A stretch of 64,000 nt of DNA, taken from NCBI GenBank assembly GCA_038237145.1, contig JBBRZA010000002.1, positions 7,202-71,201 of the forward strand, read 5' to 3'. The position numbers were made by a program, and so were the translations under genes. Below the pieces are notes generated by a model. That model ran no database searches and was not told where the DNA came from. It worked only from the letters and a program-made list of their open reading frames with translations. Position 1 is the first letter of the stretch; each line of letters starts with the position of its first letter. Origin of the DNA: Gaiellales bacterium. Its GTDB lineage: Bacteria; Actinomycetota; Thermoleophilia; Gaiellales; Gaiellaceae. Below are positions 1 to 9,225 of this stretch, piece by piece.

Positions 1-137
1 ATCCGAAAGGCCTGGGCCCCGAGCACGAGCACGAGGTAGACGCCGTAGGCGGCCATGAAGCCGTCGGTCTCCCGGCTTCGCCCGAACTTGTGCGCCAGGA
101 AGGCACCGGCCACGGCGGCCGCCAGGCTCAGGGTCAC
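1..137 (-). CDS. partial CDS (5' end only, runs off window): MurJ/MviN-like or polysaccharide-flippase-family membrane protein
   Basis: Too short for the ORF track. The minus-strand frame from GTG at 137 reads VTLSLAAAVAGAFLAHKFGRSRETDGFMAAYGVYLVLVLGAQAFR... It is hydrophobic and resembles the FG-x-x-x-TD-A/G-F N-terminal motif of MurJ-type flippases. The start codon is a guess. Confidence 0.3.
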   Translation of the reverse strand, partial: MTLSLAAAVAGAFLAHKFGRSRETDGFMAAYGVYLVLVLGAQAFR

Positions 138-227
138 ATATGAGAGACCTGTAAAAGCGCCGCTTCGCACGGCGCTCCGGCCGCGTTCCGGGCTACCCTT
201 GGGCTGCTCGTCGGCGGGCACCGCTGC

Positions 228-1370
228 ATGAAAGCAGACCAACACGACTCCACCTGGACGGACGATGCCGTCGCTGACCTGCGGCGGGACTTCAGCGAGT
301 TCTTCAGCGGCAGGACTTGCCTGGTCACCGGTGCCGACGGTTTCATGGGATCGCACCTCACCGACGCACTCGTCCAACTCGACGCAAATGTGCATGCGTT
401 TGTTCGCGCAACGTCCAGCGGCGCGCTGAACAACATCGCTCCGCTGCGCGAGCAGCTCAAGGTGCACTTCGCCGATCTGACCGACAAGACGTCGATCGAC
501 TACCTCGTCAGGGAGCTGCTCGACGCGCCCGACAAGCCCTACGTCTTCCATCTCGGCGCGCAGGCGCACGTCGGCGAGTCGTGGCACCGCCCGTACGAAA
601 CGGTGATCGCAAACACGATCGGCACGCTCAACCTGCTCCAGTCGATCGTCGACCACGGTCTGGAGCTCGAGAAGTTCGACACCGCGGGCACCTCGGAGGA
701 GTACGGGAACGTGCACGAGTCGGTCGCGCACCATCACGACTTCGACGACGAGGGCGGCTTGATCCTTCACGAGCGTTCGCCGATCAATCCGAAGTCGATC
801 TACGCGACCTCCAAGGTCGCCGCCGACTTCCTGACGATGAACTACCACGACGCCTTCGGTCTGCCCGGCGTCGTTACGAGAATGTTCAACAACTACGGGC
901 CACGTCAGAATCCGCGCTACGTCACCGGGACGATCATCACGCAGGCACTGACCCGCGAGACCGTCGAGCTCGGCCAGCTCGAGCCGATGCGCGACTTCTG
1001 CTTCTGCACCGACGGAGTGCGCGGGCACCTGACGGTCGCCGCGCGCGGGATCCCGGGTGACCTCTACGTCTACGGGCAGGGCAAGAACATCTCGATGCGC
1101 GACTGGGCCGAGCTCATCCTCCGCGTCGGTAGCGAGCAGGGGTACTGGGAAGCGCGCGAGATCGTTTCCACCGCCGAGCGGTTCCGGCCGGGAGCCAGCG
1201 AGGTCATGTCGTTGCGCGTCGGCTACGAGAAGCTCAACCGCGAGACGGGTTGGGAGCCCCACGTCTCGTGGGAGGACGGTGTCGCACGGACGATCGCCTG
1301 GTTCGCCGAGAACCGGTCGCGCTGGATCGGCCGCGTCGACTGGCTCTCGCAGACGCACGCTCCCGCATGA
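228..1370 (+). CDS. extended-SDR NDP-sugar 4,6-dehydratase, Gmd-related
   Basis: 380-aa ORF. Rossmann motif [11 protein letters not shown], catalytic YATSK, TSEEYG, and a C-terminal RFRPGASEV...LNRETGWEP segment resembling the Gmd RYFRPAEV...KLGWKP region. ATGA overlap with the downstream fcl-like gene. Confidence 0.75.
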   Translation: MKADQHDSTWTDDAVADLRRDFSEFFSGRTCLVTGADGFMGSHLTDALVQLDANVHAFVRATSSGALNNIAPLREQLKVHFADLTDKTSIDYLVRELLDAPDKPYVFHLGAQAHVGESWHRPYETVIANTIGTLNLLQSIVDHGLELEKFDTAGTSEEYGNVHESVAHHHDFDDEGGLILHERSPINPKSIYATSKVAADFLTMNYHDAFGLPGVVTRMFNNYGPRQNPRYVTGTIITQALTRETVELGQLEPMRDFCFCTDGVRGHLTVAARGIPGDLYVYGQGKNISMRDWAELILRVGSEQGYWEAREIVSTAERFRPGASEVMSLRVGYEKLNRETGWEPHVSWEDGVARTIAWFAENRSRWIGRVDWLSQTHAPA

Positions 1371-2293
1371 AGACGCTCGTCACAGGCGGCGGCGGCTTTC
1401 TCGGCTCGCACCTCGTCGAGCGCCTCGAGGCCGACGGTCACGACGTCTACGTCGCGCGACGGGCCGACTACGACCTGACGAAGTGGGACGACGCCGAGCG
1501 CCTGTTCAAGGACGCCCGGCCGGAGCGCGTGTTTCACCTGGCAGGCGAAGTTGGCGGCATCGGGGCGAACCGAGTGAATCCAGGCCGGTTCTGGTACGCA
1601 AACCTGATGATGGGAGCCCACGTCCTCGAGCTCTCGCGCCAACAGGGCCTCGGCAAGCTCGTGATTGCGGGCACCGTGTGCGCATACCCGAAGTTCGCGC
1701 CCGTGCCGTTCCGCGAGCACGACCTCTGGAACGGTTACCCCGAGGAGACCAACGCGCCCTACGGCGTCGCGAAGAAGTCGATCCTGGTCGGCGCACAGTC
1801 ATATCGAGAGCAGTACGGGCTCGACTCGATCTTCCTCCTGCCCGCAAACCTGTACGGGCCGCGTGACAACTTCGATCTCGAGACGTCGCATGTCATTCCG
1901 GGGCTGATCCGGAAGATGCTGGACACCCCCGATCGCGTCACGCTCTGGGGCGACGGGTCGCCAACGCGTGAGTTCCTCTACGTGGACGACTGCGTCGAAG
2001 GGCTCGTACTCGCCGCGGAGCAGTACGACGGGGCGGAGCCGGTGAACCTGGGCACCGGCGTCGAGATCTCGATTCGCGAGCTTGCGGAACAGATTGCCGA
2101 GCTCACCGGCTTCGAAGGCGAGATCGAGTGGGACTCCTCGATGCCGAACGGCCAGCCGCGCCGGAGCCTCGACGCGAGCCGGGCACGGGAGCTTTTCGGC
2201 TTCGAGGCGCGCACGCCGCTGCGCGAAGGGCTGGAGCGGACGATCGCGTGGTACCGCGAGCACGCCGGCGCGACTGCCGGCGCGCAGGCGTGA
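1367..2293 (+). CDS. fcl: GDP-4-keto-6-deoxy-sugar 3,5-epimerase/4-reductase (GDP-L-fucose synthase Fcl/WcaG family)
   Basis: Start re-set to the ATG in the ATGA overlap at 1367 ([16 protein letters not shown]). Fcl-type blocks: [68 protein letters not shown]. Confidence 0.8.
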   Translation: MKTLVTGGGGFLGSHLVERLEADGHDVYVARRADYDLTKWDDAERLFKDARPERVFHLAGEVGGIGANRVNPGRFWYANLMMGAHVLELSRQQGLGKLVIAGTVCAYPKFAPVPFREHDLWNGYPEETNAPYGVAKKSILVGAQSYREQYGLDSIFLLPANLYGPRDNFDLETSHVIPGLIRKMLDTPDRVTLWGDGSPTREFLYVDDCVEGLVLAAEQYDGAEPVNLGTGVEISIRELAEQIAELTGFEGEIEWDSSMPNGQPRRSLDASRARELFGFEARTPLREGLERTIAWYREHAGATAGAQA

Positions 2294-3969
2294 GCTCCCC
2301 GGCGGCGTCCGCCCCCGCCCCGCTCATCGCCGTCACCGACCGGCTACGGCGCGCGAAGGAGCTGGTGCTCTCGGTCCGGCCTGCGTATCTCCTCGGCGGC
2401 CTCGTCACGGTGCAGTGGCTCGCAGTGCTCGCGTTCGCCCTCACCGTTCGCCACAACGGCTGGCTCTTCTACTCCGGTGGCGACCAGCTGTGGCACTACA
2501 CCGATGCGTATGTGCTCGGGCAGGGGCTGCAGCCGCCGTCCTTCGTCGGCTACGGGTGGTCGATGCTGCTCCTGCCGCTGACGCCGTTCGCCGGTCCGAA
2601 CCTCGTCTCCGCGCTTCCGGCGATCGTCCTCTTCAACACGCTGGTGCTGCTCCCCATCGCGCTGCTCTGCATCTACGGGATCGGCGCACGCATCGGCGGC
2701 TGTCTCTTCGGCTACTGGGCCGCCGCACTGTGGATCGCCCTGCCCTATCTCGGAATCCTGTTCGTCGAGCCCGGTTACCACCAGAAGTACACCGAGCTGA
2801 CGATTCCCCACATTGTCGGGCTGACCGCGATGTCGGATTTCCCGAGCATGGTCGGGCTCCTGATCTCCGCGTACCTGTGCCTGCGGGCGCTCGAGAGCGG
2901 CAGTTGGCTCACGATGGGCGCGGCGGGCTTTGCAGCGGGTTACGCGATCGCCGTGAAGCCGTCGAGCGCGATCTTCCTCTTCGCCCCTGCCATGCTGCTG
3001 CTGCTCACACGCTGGCGCACGGTCTTGCCGTTCGTGGTCGGACTGGCGCCCGTGCTGGCGACGCTTGCACTCTGGAAGTACCGCGGGCTCGGGCATCTCG
3101 GGGCCACGAACGACGAGCCCGTTCGGCTCGCAAGCGGCGTGGGCGACCTGCTGCGCCGGATTCACAACCCGGATGCCAACAGCTGGTCGCACTTCTACGC
3201 GAACGTGACGGCACTTCGCGAGCACTTCTGGGTCGCGCGCGTCCTCGAGTGGCTGCCACTGGCAGGCGCGATTGCCCTGTTCGCGCGCTCTCGGCGCGGC
3301 TTGTTGCTGATCGCCCCGTGGTTCGCAACGTTCCTCGCGATCAAGGGCAGCTATTTCCAGGCACGCATGGACGACGCCAGCTTCTTCCGGATCCTGCTGC
3401 CCGCCTTTCCCGCCTTTGTTCTGCTGATGGCGGCAGTGCCGCTGCTCTTTCCGGGCGTGCGGGCACAGCCCGCACCGGCACCGGCCCCGGTCACGGTCCT
3501 ACGAGGCCGCCGGCTGCTCGTGGCAGCTGGGGCTGCGTTCGCCGTCTTTGCGATCTTCCCCGTCGTCGTCATCGCGGCCGCGAGGCAGGTTGGCGACGAG
3601 GTGCACGTGCTCGACTACGCGGCAACGCTCGTACCCGTGCGCGATCTCGGGCTGAAGGCCACGAACGACGGCGGCGCGGTCCGTCTGACCTGGAACGGCC
3701 AGCACGTGAGCCCGGCGAAGACGTTCTACACGGTGCTGCGCACGAACCGGCCGGAGGGAGGGGTGACGTGTGCGCACGTCACCGATGCGAGCGTCGATTG
3801 CCGCCTGATCGTGGACAACTCGTTCCCGACGCGCGCCACGTCGCTGACCGACTCTCCCGGCAAGGGCACGTGGAGTTACCGCGTCACCGTCTCGGCCAAC
3901 TGGCTGAATGACACACGGCTGGGCGACGTCTACGTCGTCAGCCCGCCGGTCGCCGTCGCGGTCCCCTGA
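2290..3969 (+). CDS. GT-C-like polytopic membrane glycosyltransferase candidate (ArnT/PMT_2-like) with C-terminal FN3-like extracytoplasmic domain
   Basis: GTG at 2290 overlaps the fcl stop (GTGA). Many hydrophobic helices. The C-terminus [16 protein letters not shown]...TFYTVLRTN...[11 protein letters not shown] has an FN3-like pattern. Confidence 0.65.
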   Translation: MSSPAASAPAPLIAVTDRLRRAKELVLSVRPAYLLGGLVTVQWLAVLAFALTVRHNGWLFYSGGDQLWHYTDAYVLGQGLQPPSFVGYGWSMLLLPLTPFAGPNLVSALPAIVLFNTLVLLPIALLCIYGIGARIGGCLFGYWAAALWIALPYLGILFVEPGYHQKYTELTIPHIVGLTAMSDFPSMVGLLISAYLCLRALESGSWLTMGAAGFAAGYAIAVKPSSAIFLFAPAMLLLLTRWRTVLPFVVGLAPVLATLALWKYRGLGHLGATNDEPVRLASGVGDLLRRIHNPDANSWSHFYANVTALREHFWVARVLEWLPLAGAIALFARSRRGLLLIAPWFATFLAIKGSYFQARMDDASFFRILLPAFPAFVLLMAAVPLLFPGVRAQPAPAPAPVTVLRGRRLLVAAGAAFAVFAIFPVVVIAAARQVGDEVHVLDYAATLVPVRDLGLKATNDGGAVRLTWNGQHVSPAKTFYTVLRTNRPEGGVTCAHVTDASVDCRLIVDNSFPTRATSLTDSPGKGTWSYRVTVSANWLNDTRLGDVYVVSPPVAVAVP

Positions 3970-4322
3970 TCGTCGTCGCCCTCGCGCTGCTGCTGTTCGA
4001 GCAGCGCGAGGCGCTGCGCCAAGATCGTGTTCTGGTCGGAGAGCCGTGAAATCACGGTCGAGTAGTGCAGCAACACGACGAGGATGAAGAGCGCGCCGAT
4101 GGCACCGAGGATCGCCGGCGGATAGGTCTCGACGCCGAACCAGCTCGCGATCGTGTTGAGGCCGTCACGCCAAACCGACAGCCCGAGCAGCACGGCGCCG
4201 GTCAGCAGCCACAGCAGCGCGTAACGCTCGCGGAGACGCCGCGAGCGAATCAGCTCGAACACCACGAGCAGCAACAAGAAGGACGCTACCGCTGCAGCGA
4301 TCGAAACGGGAAGTGGTGTCAT
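3930..4322 (-). CDS. DUF2304-family small membrane protein (partner of GT2 polyprenyl-phosphate glycosyltransferases)
   Basis: 130 aa, 3-4 TM helices. RRLRERYALLWLLTG and a C-terminal LAQRLALLEQ motif are typical of DUF2304. Stop-start overlap with the upstream GT2 gene. Confidence 0.7.
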   Translation of the reverse strand: MTPLPVSIAAAVASFLLLLVVFELIRSRRLRERYALLWLLTGAVLLGLSVWRDGLNTIASWFGVETYPPAILGAIGALFILVVLLHYSTVISRLSDQNTILAQRLALLEQQQREGDDDQGTATATGGLTT

Positions 4323-5104
4323 CGGCGATGCTCCTCTTCTAACGGGACGGCGTAGCGGCGAAAGAGGCCGACGAAGATCGCGAGCAGCACCTTCGTCATG
4401 TAGTAGATCGAGCGCAGCGCAGTGATCGACGACTCCCCGCCGGCGCGCTCACGCATCTCGACCGGTACCTCGCGCAGGCGCAACTTGTGCTTCACGCACA
4501 TGATCGTCGCCTCGACCTCCGGATAGTCGTGTGGGTAGTCCGCGGCGAAGAGCGCGATGCCTTTCCTGTTCACTGCCCGAAAACCGGAGGTCGTGTCCGT
4601 CACTTTCTGACGCACGACCGCCGACACCACCAACGCAAACAGCCGGATCCCCAGCCGGCGCGTGAACGACGACTGGTAGCCGCTGCCACTCGTGAACCGC
4701 GACCCGACGCACAGATCGGCTTCCCCTGTGAGCACCGGCTCGAGGATCAGCGGAAGCTGCACCGGATCGTGCTGCCCGTCGCCGTCGACCTGGACGGCGA
4801 TGTCATAGCCACGCTCGAACGCGAAGCGGTATCCCGTCTGAACCGCGCCGCCGATGCCGAGGTTGAACGGGAGACGAAGCACGTGCGCACCCCGATCTGC
4901 GGCGATCCCGGCGGTGCGATCCGTCGAGCCGTCGTCGACCACGACGATGTCGAACCCCGGATCGAAGGCGTGGATCTCGTCGATTACGCGTCCGACCGTT
5001 TCCTCCTCGTTCAGCGCGGGCACAATCGCAATGCGCCGCAGCTCGCCGATCTGCACGAGCACGGCGTCGCGCGGCGGCACCTGCACTTGCGCGAGCTCAG
5101 CCAC
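4319..5104 (-). CDS. GT2 glycosyltransferase, polyprenyl-phosphate sugar synthase-like (DPM1/GtrB-like)
   Basis: IAIVPALNEEETVG..., VVVDDGSTDRT, VDGDGQHDP (DxD region), C-terminal hydrophobic tail. Coupled to the DUF2304 gene. Confidence 0.85.
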   Translation of the reverse strand: MAELAQVQVPPRDAVLVQIGELRRIAIVPALNEEETVGRVIDEIHAFDPGFDIVVVDDGSTDRTAGIAADRGAHVLRLPFNLGIGGAVQTGYRFAFERGYDIAVQVDGDGQHDPVQLPLILEPVLTGEADLCVGSRFTSGSGYQSSFTRRLGIRLFALVVSAVVRQKVTDTTSGFRAVNRKGIALFAADYPHDYPEVEATIMCVKHKLRLREVPVEMRERAGGESSITALRSIYYMTKVLLAIFVGLFRRYAVPLEEEHRR

Positions 5105-6314
5105 CGGCGGTCACGGGTGACTGCAGGCCGACGAGCTCGAGGATCTGCCGCGCACGGTGTGCGTAGGTGTGCTCGTCGAGCACACGCTCGCGCGCACGGC
5201 GTCCCATCGCCTCGGCCGCCGCTGGATCGTCGATCAGCTCGCGATAGGCGGTGAGGGCTTCGTCGGCGTTCGAGACGACGCGCAGCTCCGAGCCGGCGTC
5301 GAACCAACGCTCGATCCCTTCGTGCGGGTTGGACACAATCGCCGCGCCGGAGGCCGCTAGCTCGAACGGCCGGCACGTGGAGGACGCATAGACGGTCGCA
5401 TGCGAACGGCGCGTGATGTTCAGGTTGATTCTGGCGCGCGAGATCGCCTGAGCGAAGACGTTGAAGGGCACGTCGCCGATCATCCGCGCGTTCCCGGTGT
5501 CGCCGCGAAAATCAGTTCCACCGAGGGCGAAATCGATCTCGGGGTCACGCCGGCTCGGTTCGCCGACGAGCGCCTGCATCCACTCGCGCCGGAACTTGTC
5601 CCCGTAGCCGTAGAAGAAGACGTCGTGCTCCTTCTCGACGGGGGCGGGCTGGAACAGCTCCGGGTCCGCAGCCCAGAAGACCGCTTCCGCGCGCCGTGCA
5701 CCCAACTCGCGCAGGCGGTCGAGCCCACCCTCGGAGTTCGAGAGCACAAGGTCGTACTCGGACGGGTCGGCACCGTGGTAGTAGTTGAACCCGGTGTCCA
5801 TGCCGCCAAACTCCGGGAGGCTCATCGGCACGTCGCCGTCGTAGAACACGACCGGCACGTCGTAGCGCTCCCGCAGCCGTGTTGGAATGCCCCGCAGGTG
5901 TGCCATCGGCACGGTGAAGACGATCACCGCTGCGACATCACGTTCCTGCTCGAGGATGCGCTCGAGATGCCGCTGCCAGCGCGGCGTGACGTAGCGCCAG
6001 ATCGCCTCACGCGTGAGCCTGTCGCCCATCGTGTCGTCCGGATTGTCCTCGCCGCGGCGAAGCAGCGTGTCGCCTTTCAGGCGTGCAGCGATCCCGCGGG
6101 CACCTGCGAACAGCTCGGCTTCGCGGTAGAGGGGATTCGGCGCCGTCCGCCACCACGGCGATTCGATCGCCCGCCCGCGGTAGGGCGTGACGATGAGGTC
6201 GACGCCGACCTCGTTGAGGCCCTTCCAGATCTGCCACCAGGCGGGCGTACAGCCGTAACGGAAGTCGAGGTCGGTCGCGGACGCGACTGCAAGGATCTTC
6301 GGTGCCCCAGCCAT
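5097..6314 (-). CDS. CgeB-like / DUF3880-type glycosyltransferase (GT1-fold)
   Basis: 405 aa. C-terminal block INLNITRRSHATVYASSTCRPFELAASGAAIVSNPHEG...RVLDEHTYAHRA is typical of the CgeB-family Glyco_trans_1_2 domain. Confidence 0.65.
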   Translation of the reverse strand: MAGAPKILAVASATDLDFRYGCTPAWWQIWKGLNEVGVDLIVTPYRGRAIESPWWRTAPNPLYREAELFAGARGIAARLKGDTLLRRGEDNPDDTMGDRLTREAIWRYVTPRWQRHLERILEQERDVAAVIVFTVPMAHLRGIPTRLRERYDVPVVFYDGDVPMSLPEFGGMDTGFNYYHGADPSEYDLVLSNSEGGLDRLRELGARRAEAVFWAADPELFQPAPVEKEHDVFFYGYGDKFRREWMQALVGEPSRRDPEIDFALGGTDFRGDTGNARMIGDVPFNVFAQAISRARINLNITRRSHATVYASSTCRPFELAASGAAIVSNPHEGIERWFDAGSELRVVSNADEALTAYRELIDDPAAAEAMGRRARERVLDEHTYAHRARQILELVGLQSPVTAGG

Positions 6315-6345
6315 TGCGATCAGTATGGCGAACGGATGTGTCGGC

Positions 6346-7842
6346 TCAGTAAGCCCCGCGCCGCGCCAGCACAGCCGGCAGCGTGCGGGCCAGAATCGTG
6401 ATGTCGAGCCAGATCGACCAGTTCTCGATGTAGTAGAAGTCGAGCCGGACGAGGTCGTCGAAGCTGAGGTCGATCCGGCCGGAGACCTGCCACAAGCCGG
6501 TCATCCCCGGCAGCACGAGGTAACGCTTCCGGTGCCACGGCTGCAGCTGCTCGTAGTCGCGGATAGGAAGAGGCCGCGGCCCGACCAGCGACATCTCCCC
6601 CCAGAGGACGTTCAGGACCTGTGGCATCTCGTCGAGCGAGAAGCGGCGCAGGAACCTCCCGAGCGGCGTGACGCGAGGATCGTCCTTGATCTTGAAGAGC
6701 GGACCAGAGGCCTCGTTGTCCACCTCGAGCGAGGCCTGGCGCTCGGCCGCGTCGGCGTACATGGTGCGGAACTTCATCATCCCGAACGCCCGCTCGCCGA
6801 GCCCGATGCGCTGGTCGCGATAGAACACCGGCCCGCGCGAGCTGAGCTTGACCGCGCCGGCCACCGCGAGCCAGAGCGGCAAGCCGGCGACGATGAGAAA
6901 GGTCGACACGACGAGGTCGAAGCCGCGCTTCAACGCCCACTCCGATCCCGCCAGTGCCGGCGGGCGCAACTCGAACAGCGGCGCCCCTTCGCCGGGGATG
7001 TATTCCGCCCGCTGCAGGAGCAGCTCCGTCGTGCGGGGAGCGATCTTGACCTTGGCTCCGAAGCGGTGAGCCTCCTCGACGAGCTCGAGCAAGTCGCGAT
7101 CGCCAAAGCCACCGTCCGTCACGATGAGCTCGTGAACGTCGTGTTCGCGCAAGATGCACGGCACCGCGTCCAAGCCACCGAGCACGGGAAGGTCGCCGGC
7201 GTCGCCGCCGGGAGCGATCGCACCGAGGAATTCGTAGCGAATCCCGCTCCGGTCGGAGCCGAGCGTGCGGCGCAGAGCCGCCAGCTGCTCGCCCTCCCCC
7301 ACCAGCACGGTTCGCCGCCGCGCACCCGTGAGACGTAGTACGTCACGCGTCAGCACCTCGTAGCTCGAACGCAGGATCCCGATGAAGAACGCCGTCGTGA
7401 CAACCGCCGTCGGCGTCAAGCCGTAGGTCGTGAAGTGGTAGCCGGTCCCCAGACCGAACGCGAGTGTGATCACGGCCACGAGCACCATCGAGAGCACGAT
7501 CTGACCGACACCGGCACGGAGCTCACGCCGCCGGTAGAGGCCGCCCACCCAGAACACGAGCACCGTGATGACCGTGAGGAAAGGAAGCCAATTGCTCTCC
7601 GTCTCCCAGACGATTCCCCACAGCGGCGGCCACTCGCCGATGTAGAGCTCGCGGAAGACGAGCGCCACCCAGACGCCGAGGACGAGGCCGGCCAGGTCGA
7701 TTGTCACCAGGGCGGCAACGCTGGCGAGGCGCCGGGCGACGGCCAGGAGCGTGGTGCGGGAGAGGAGGTAGGGCCGGGCCGAGCGGATGTCTTCGACCGG
7801 CGCCGGCCGGGGCTCGGCCGGCGCGGCTGGCTTCGTGCTCAC
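6346..7842 (-). CDS. initiating polyprenyl-phosphate sugar-phosphate transferase (WbaP/bacterial sugar transferase family, large form)
   Basis: C-terminal catalytic block KRGFDLVVS...GPVFYRDQRIG...FGMMKFRTM...GPLFKIKDDPRVTPLGRFLRRFSLDEMPQVLNVLWGEMSLVGPRPLP. N-terminal TM helices plus a Rossmann-like linker. Start set to GTG 7842, which is preceded by TACACT-N7. Confidence 0.9.
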   Translation of the reverse strand: MSTKPAAPAEPRPAPVEDIRSARPYLLSRTTLLAVARRLASVAALVTIDLAGLVLGVWVALVFRELYIGEWPPLWGIVWETESNWLPFLTVITVLVFWVGGLYRRRELRAGVGQIVLSMVLVAVITLAFGLGTGYHFTTYGLTPTAVVTTAFFIGILRSSYEVLTRDVLRLTGARRRTVLVGEGEQLAALRRTLGSDRSGIRYEFLGAIAPGGDAGDLPVLGGLDAVPCILREHDVHELIVTDGGFGDRDLLELVEEAHRFGAKVKIAPRTTELLLQRAEYIPGEGAPLFELRPPALAGSEWALKRGFDLVVSTFLIVAGLPLWLAVAGAVKLSSRGPVFYRDQRIGLGERAFGMMKFRTMYADAAERQASLEVDNEASGPLFKIKDDPRVTPLGRFLRRFSLDEMPQVLNVLWGEMSLVGPRPLPIRDYEQLQPWHRKRYLVLPGMTGLWQVSGRIDLSFDDLVRLDFYYIENWSIWLDITILARTLPAVLARRGAY

Positions 7843-7849
7843 CCGCAGG

Positions 7850-7855
7850 AGTGTA
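7850..7855 (-). promoter_or_regulatory. -10-like hexamer TACACT, 7 nt upstream of GTG 7842 (candidate leaderless promoter)
   Basis: Minus strand reads TACACT CCTGCGG GTG. Confidence 0.4.
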
Positions 7856-7892
7856 CTTCCGGGGGTTCCGAGGCCTGATGGCGCCCTTCTAC

Positions 7893-7898
7893 TAGGCT
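7893..7898 (+). promoter_or_regulatory. -10-like hexamer TAGGCT, 8 nt upstream of GTG 7907
   Basis: Plus strand reads TAGGCT CGCACCCG GTG. Confidence 0.35.
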
Positions 7899-7906
7899 CG
7901 CACCCG

Positions 7907-8533
7907 GTGAGCCTGGAGCAGCTGAGCAAGCGGTACGGCGAGCACAATCGCGTCGAGCGCGGTGCCGGCTTCGTCTTCGCGGGCCCGGAGCGCATCGAGC
8001 TCTTCCGCCGCTACGTCGGCGGCCCGGGACGGCACGTGCTCGACCTGGGCTGCCGTGACGGCGCACTCACCCAGGCTTACGCCGGCGGGAACGAGATCGT
8101 CGGCGTCGACGCCGACCGTGAGGCGCTCGCCGAGGCGCAGAAGCTCGGTATCGAGACGCGCTGGGCCGACCTCGACGATGCGCTGCCGTTCGAGGACGGC
8201 AGCTTCGACATCGTGGTCGCGGGCGAGCTCCTCGAGCATCTGCGCGATCCCCGGCGCGTCGTCTCCGAAGTGCTGCGGGTCCTGCGGGCAGGCGGCACGT
8301 TCGTCGGCTCCGTGCCGAACGCCTACCGGCTGAAGAACAGGCTTCGCTTTCTACGAGGACACAAGCCCGAGAACGACCCCACGCATCTCCAGATGTTCGC
8401 GCCCAACGATATTCGCGCCTTGCTCGACGGCTTCGAGGACGTCCAGCTGCATCTCATCGCGGGAAGGCTCGTGCCGCTTCATGCACGGCTGTTTGCGAAC
8501 GACATCGTCTTCTCGGGCCGCAAGCCGCGCTGA
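7907..8533 (+). CDS. class I SAM-dependent methyltransferase (Methyltransf_11/23-like)
   Basis: VLDLGCRDG (motif I), FDIVVAGELLEHLRDP, GGTFVGSVPN. The track start at 7787 would overlap the divergent gene, so GTG 7907 is preferred. Confidence 0.75.
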   Translation: MSLEQLSKRYGEHNRVERGAGFVFAGPERIELFRRYVGGPGRHVLDLGCRDGALTQAYAGGNEIVGVDADREALAEAQKLGIETRWADLDDALPFEDGSFDIVVAGELLEHLRDPRRVVSEVLRVLRAGGTFVGSVPNAYRLKNRLRFLRGHKPENDPTHLQMFAPNDIRALLDGFEDVQLHLIAGRLVPLHARLFANDIVFSGRKPR

Positions 8534-9225
8534 AGCTCGTCCAGGTCCGTCGCGGTCCTCTTCAGTGCGAGAGAGCGGAGGCCGAACCGCAGGGCCGCCG
8601 CGCGGCGGCGATCGAGCAAATCGGTGTCGTGAAAGTACGCGTGCACGATCTGCCGCCGAAAAGGCCCGAGCAAGCCACGCGCGAGCATGCCGATCGAGTG
8701 AGTCGTCGGAACTTCGAGAAGCCGGCGCCCGTCAGTGAGCTCGAGCCAGACCGGCTCCTCCAGTTGCAGGTGCGGCGCTCCCGGCTCCAGGTAGCCGGGC
8801 CGGAACGCGGTCGCCGTGCAGTCCGAGTAACCAAGGTCGGCGACCGCTGCCATTACCCCGTCGTCGACGTACCAGCCGCCGCCGCAGAAGAAGGTCGGCC
8901 GGAGCCCAAGCGAGTCGAGCCAGCGTCCCTGTTCGCGCACGAGCGCCGCCGGGTCACCGCCGGTCGGCCGCGCGTGATCCGGCGCGGTCCAGTGCGTGTG
9001 CAGCCCGAAGGGCCCCCGCCCCTCCGCCTCCCGCGCCCGCTCGAGCCAGCGTTCCTCGTTCTCTCCCTCGGCCGGCGGGCGCATGAGGGCTGCGATCGCG
9101 AACCTGCCCGGCGGGCGCTCCTGGAGCGCGCTGAAGCGCCTCCAGACGTCGTCGTCCAGCGGACGCTCCACATGACACGAGACGACCGCGTACCGCCCGT
9201 GCAGTATGTGTCCCGTGTGCGGCAT
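8479..9225 (-). CDS. hypothetical protein (possible carbohydrate esterase/deacetylase-like fold; function unknown)
   Basis: 248-aa ORF with non-shadow composition. LHTHW and GGGWYVDDG blocks. ATG 9225 is preceded by TAGAGT-N6. No confident family assignment from sequence alone. Confidence 0.5.
   Translation of the reverse strand: MPHTGHILHGRYAVVSCHVERPLDDDVWRRFSALQERPPGRFAIAALMRPPAEGENEERWLERAREAEGRGPFGLHTHWTAPDHARPTGGDPAALVREQGRWLDSLGLRPTFFCGGGWYVDDGVMAAVADLGYSDCTATAFRPGYLEPGAPHLQLEEPVWLELTDGRRLLEVPTTHSIGMLARGLLGPFRRQIVHAYFHDTDLLDRRRAAALRFGLRSLALKRTATDLDELQRGLRPEKTMSFANSRA

Noticed and set aside
317-1866. Long overlapping ORFs (317-1060, 1057-1866, 1223-1720 and similar) in other frames or strands of the dehydratase and fcl genes
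   Set aside because: Their translations are dominated by Arg/Pro/Ala/Gly/Ser, as expected from off-frame reading of very GC-rich coding DNA, and have no motifs. The alternative frame carries clear SDR motifs.
2082-3911. 609-aa ORF overlapping the 2290-3969 membrane protein in another frame
   Set aside because: Arg/Pro/Ala-rich shadow ORF. The chosen frame gives coherent TM helices and an FN3-like domain.
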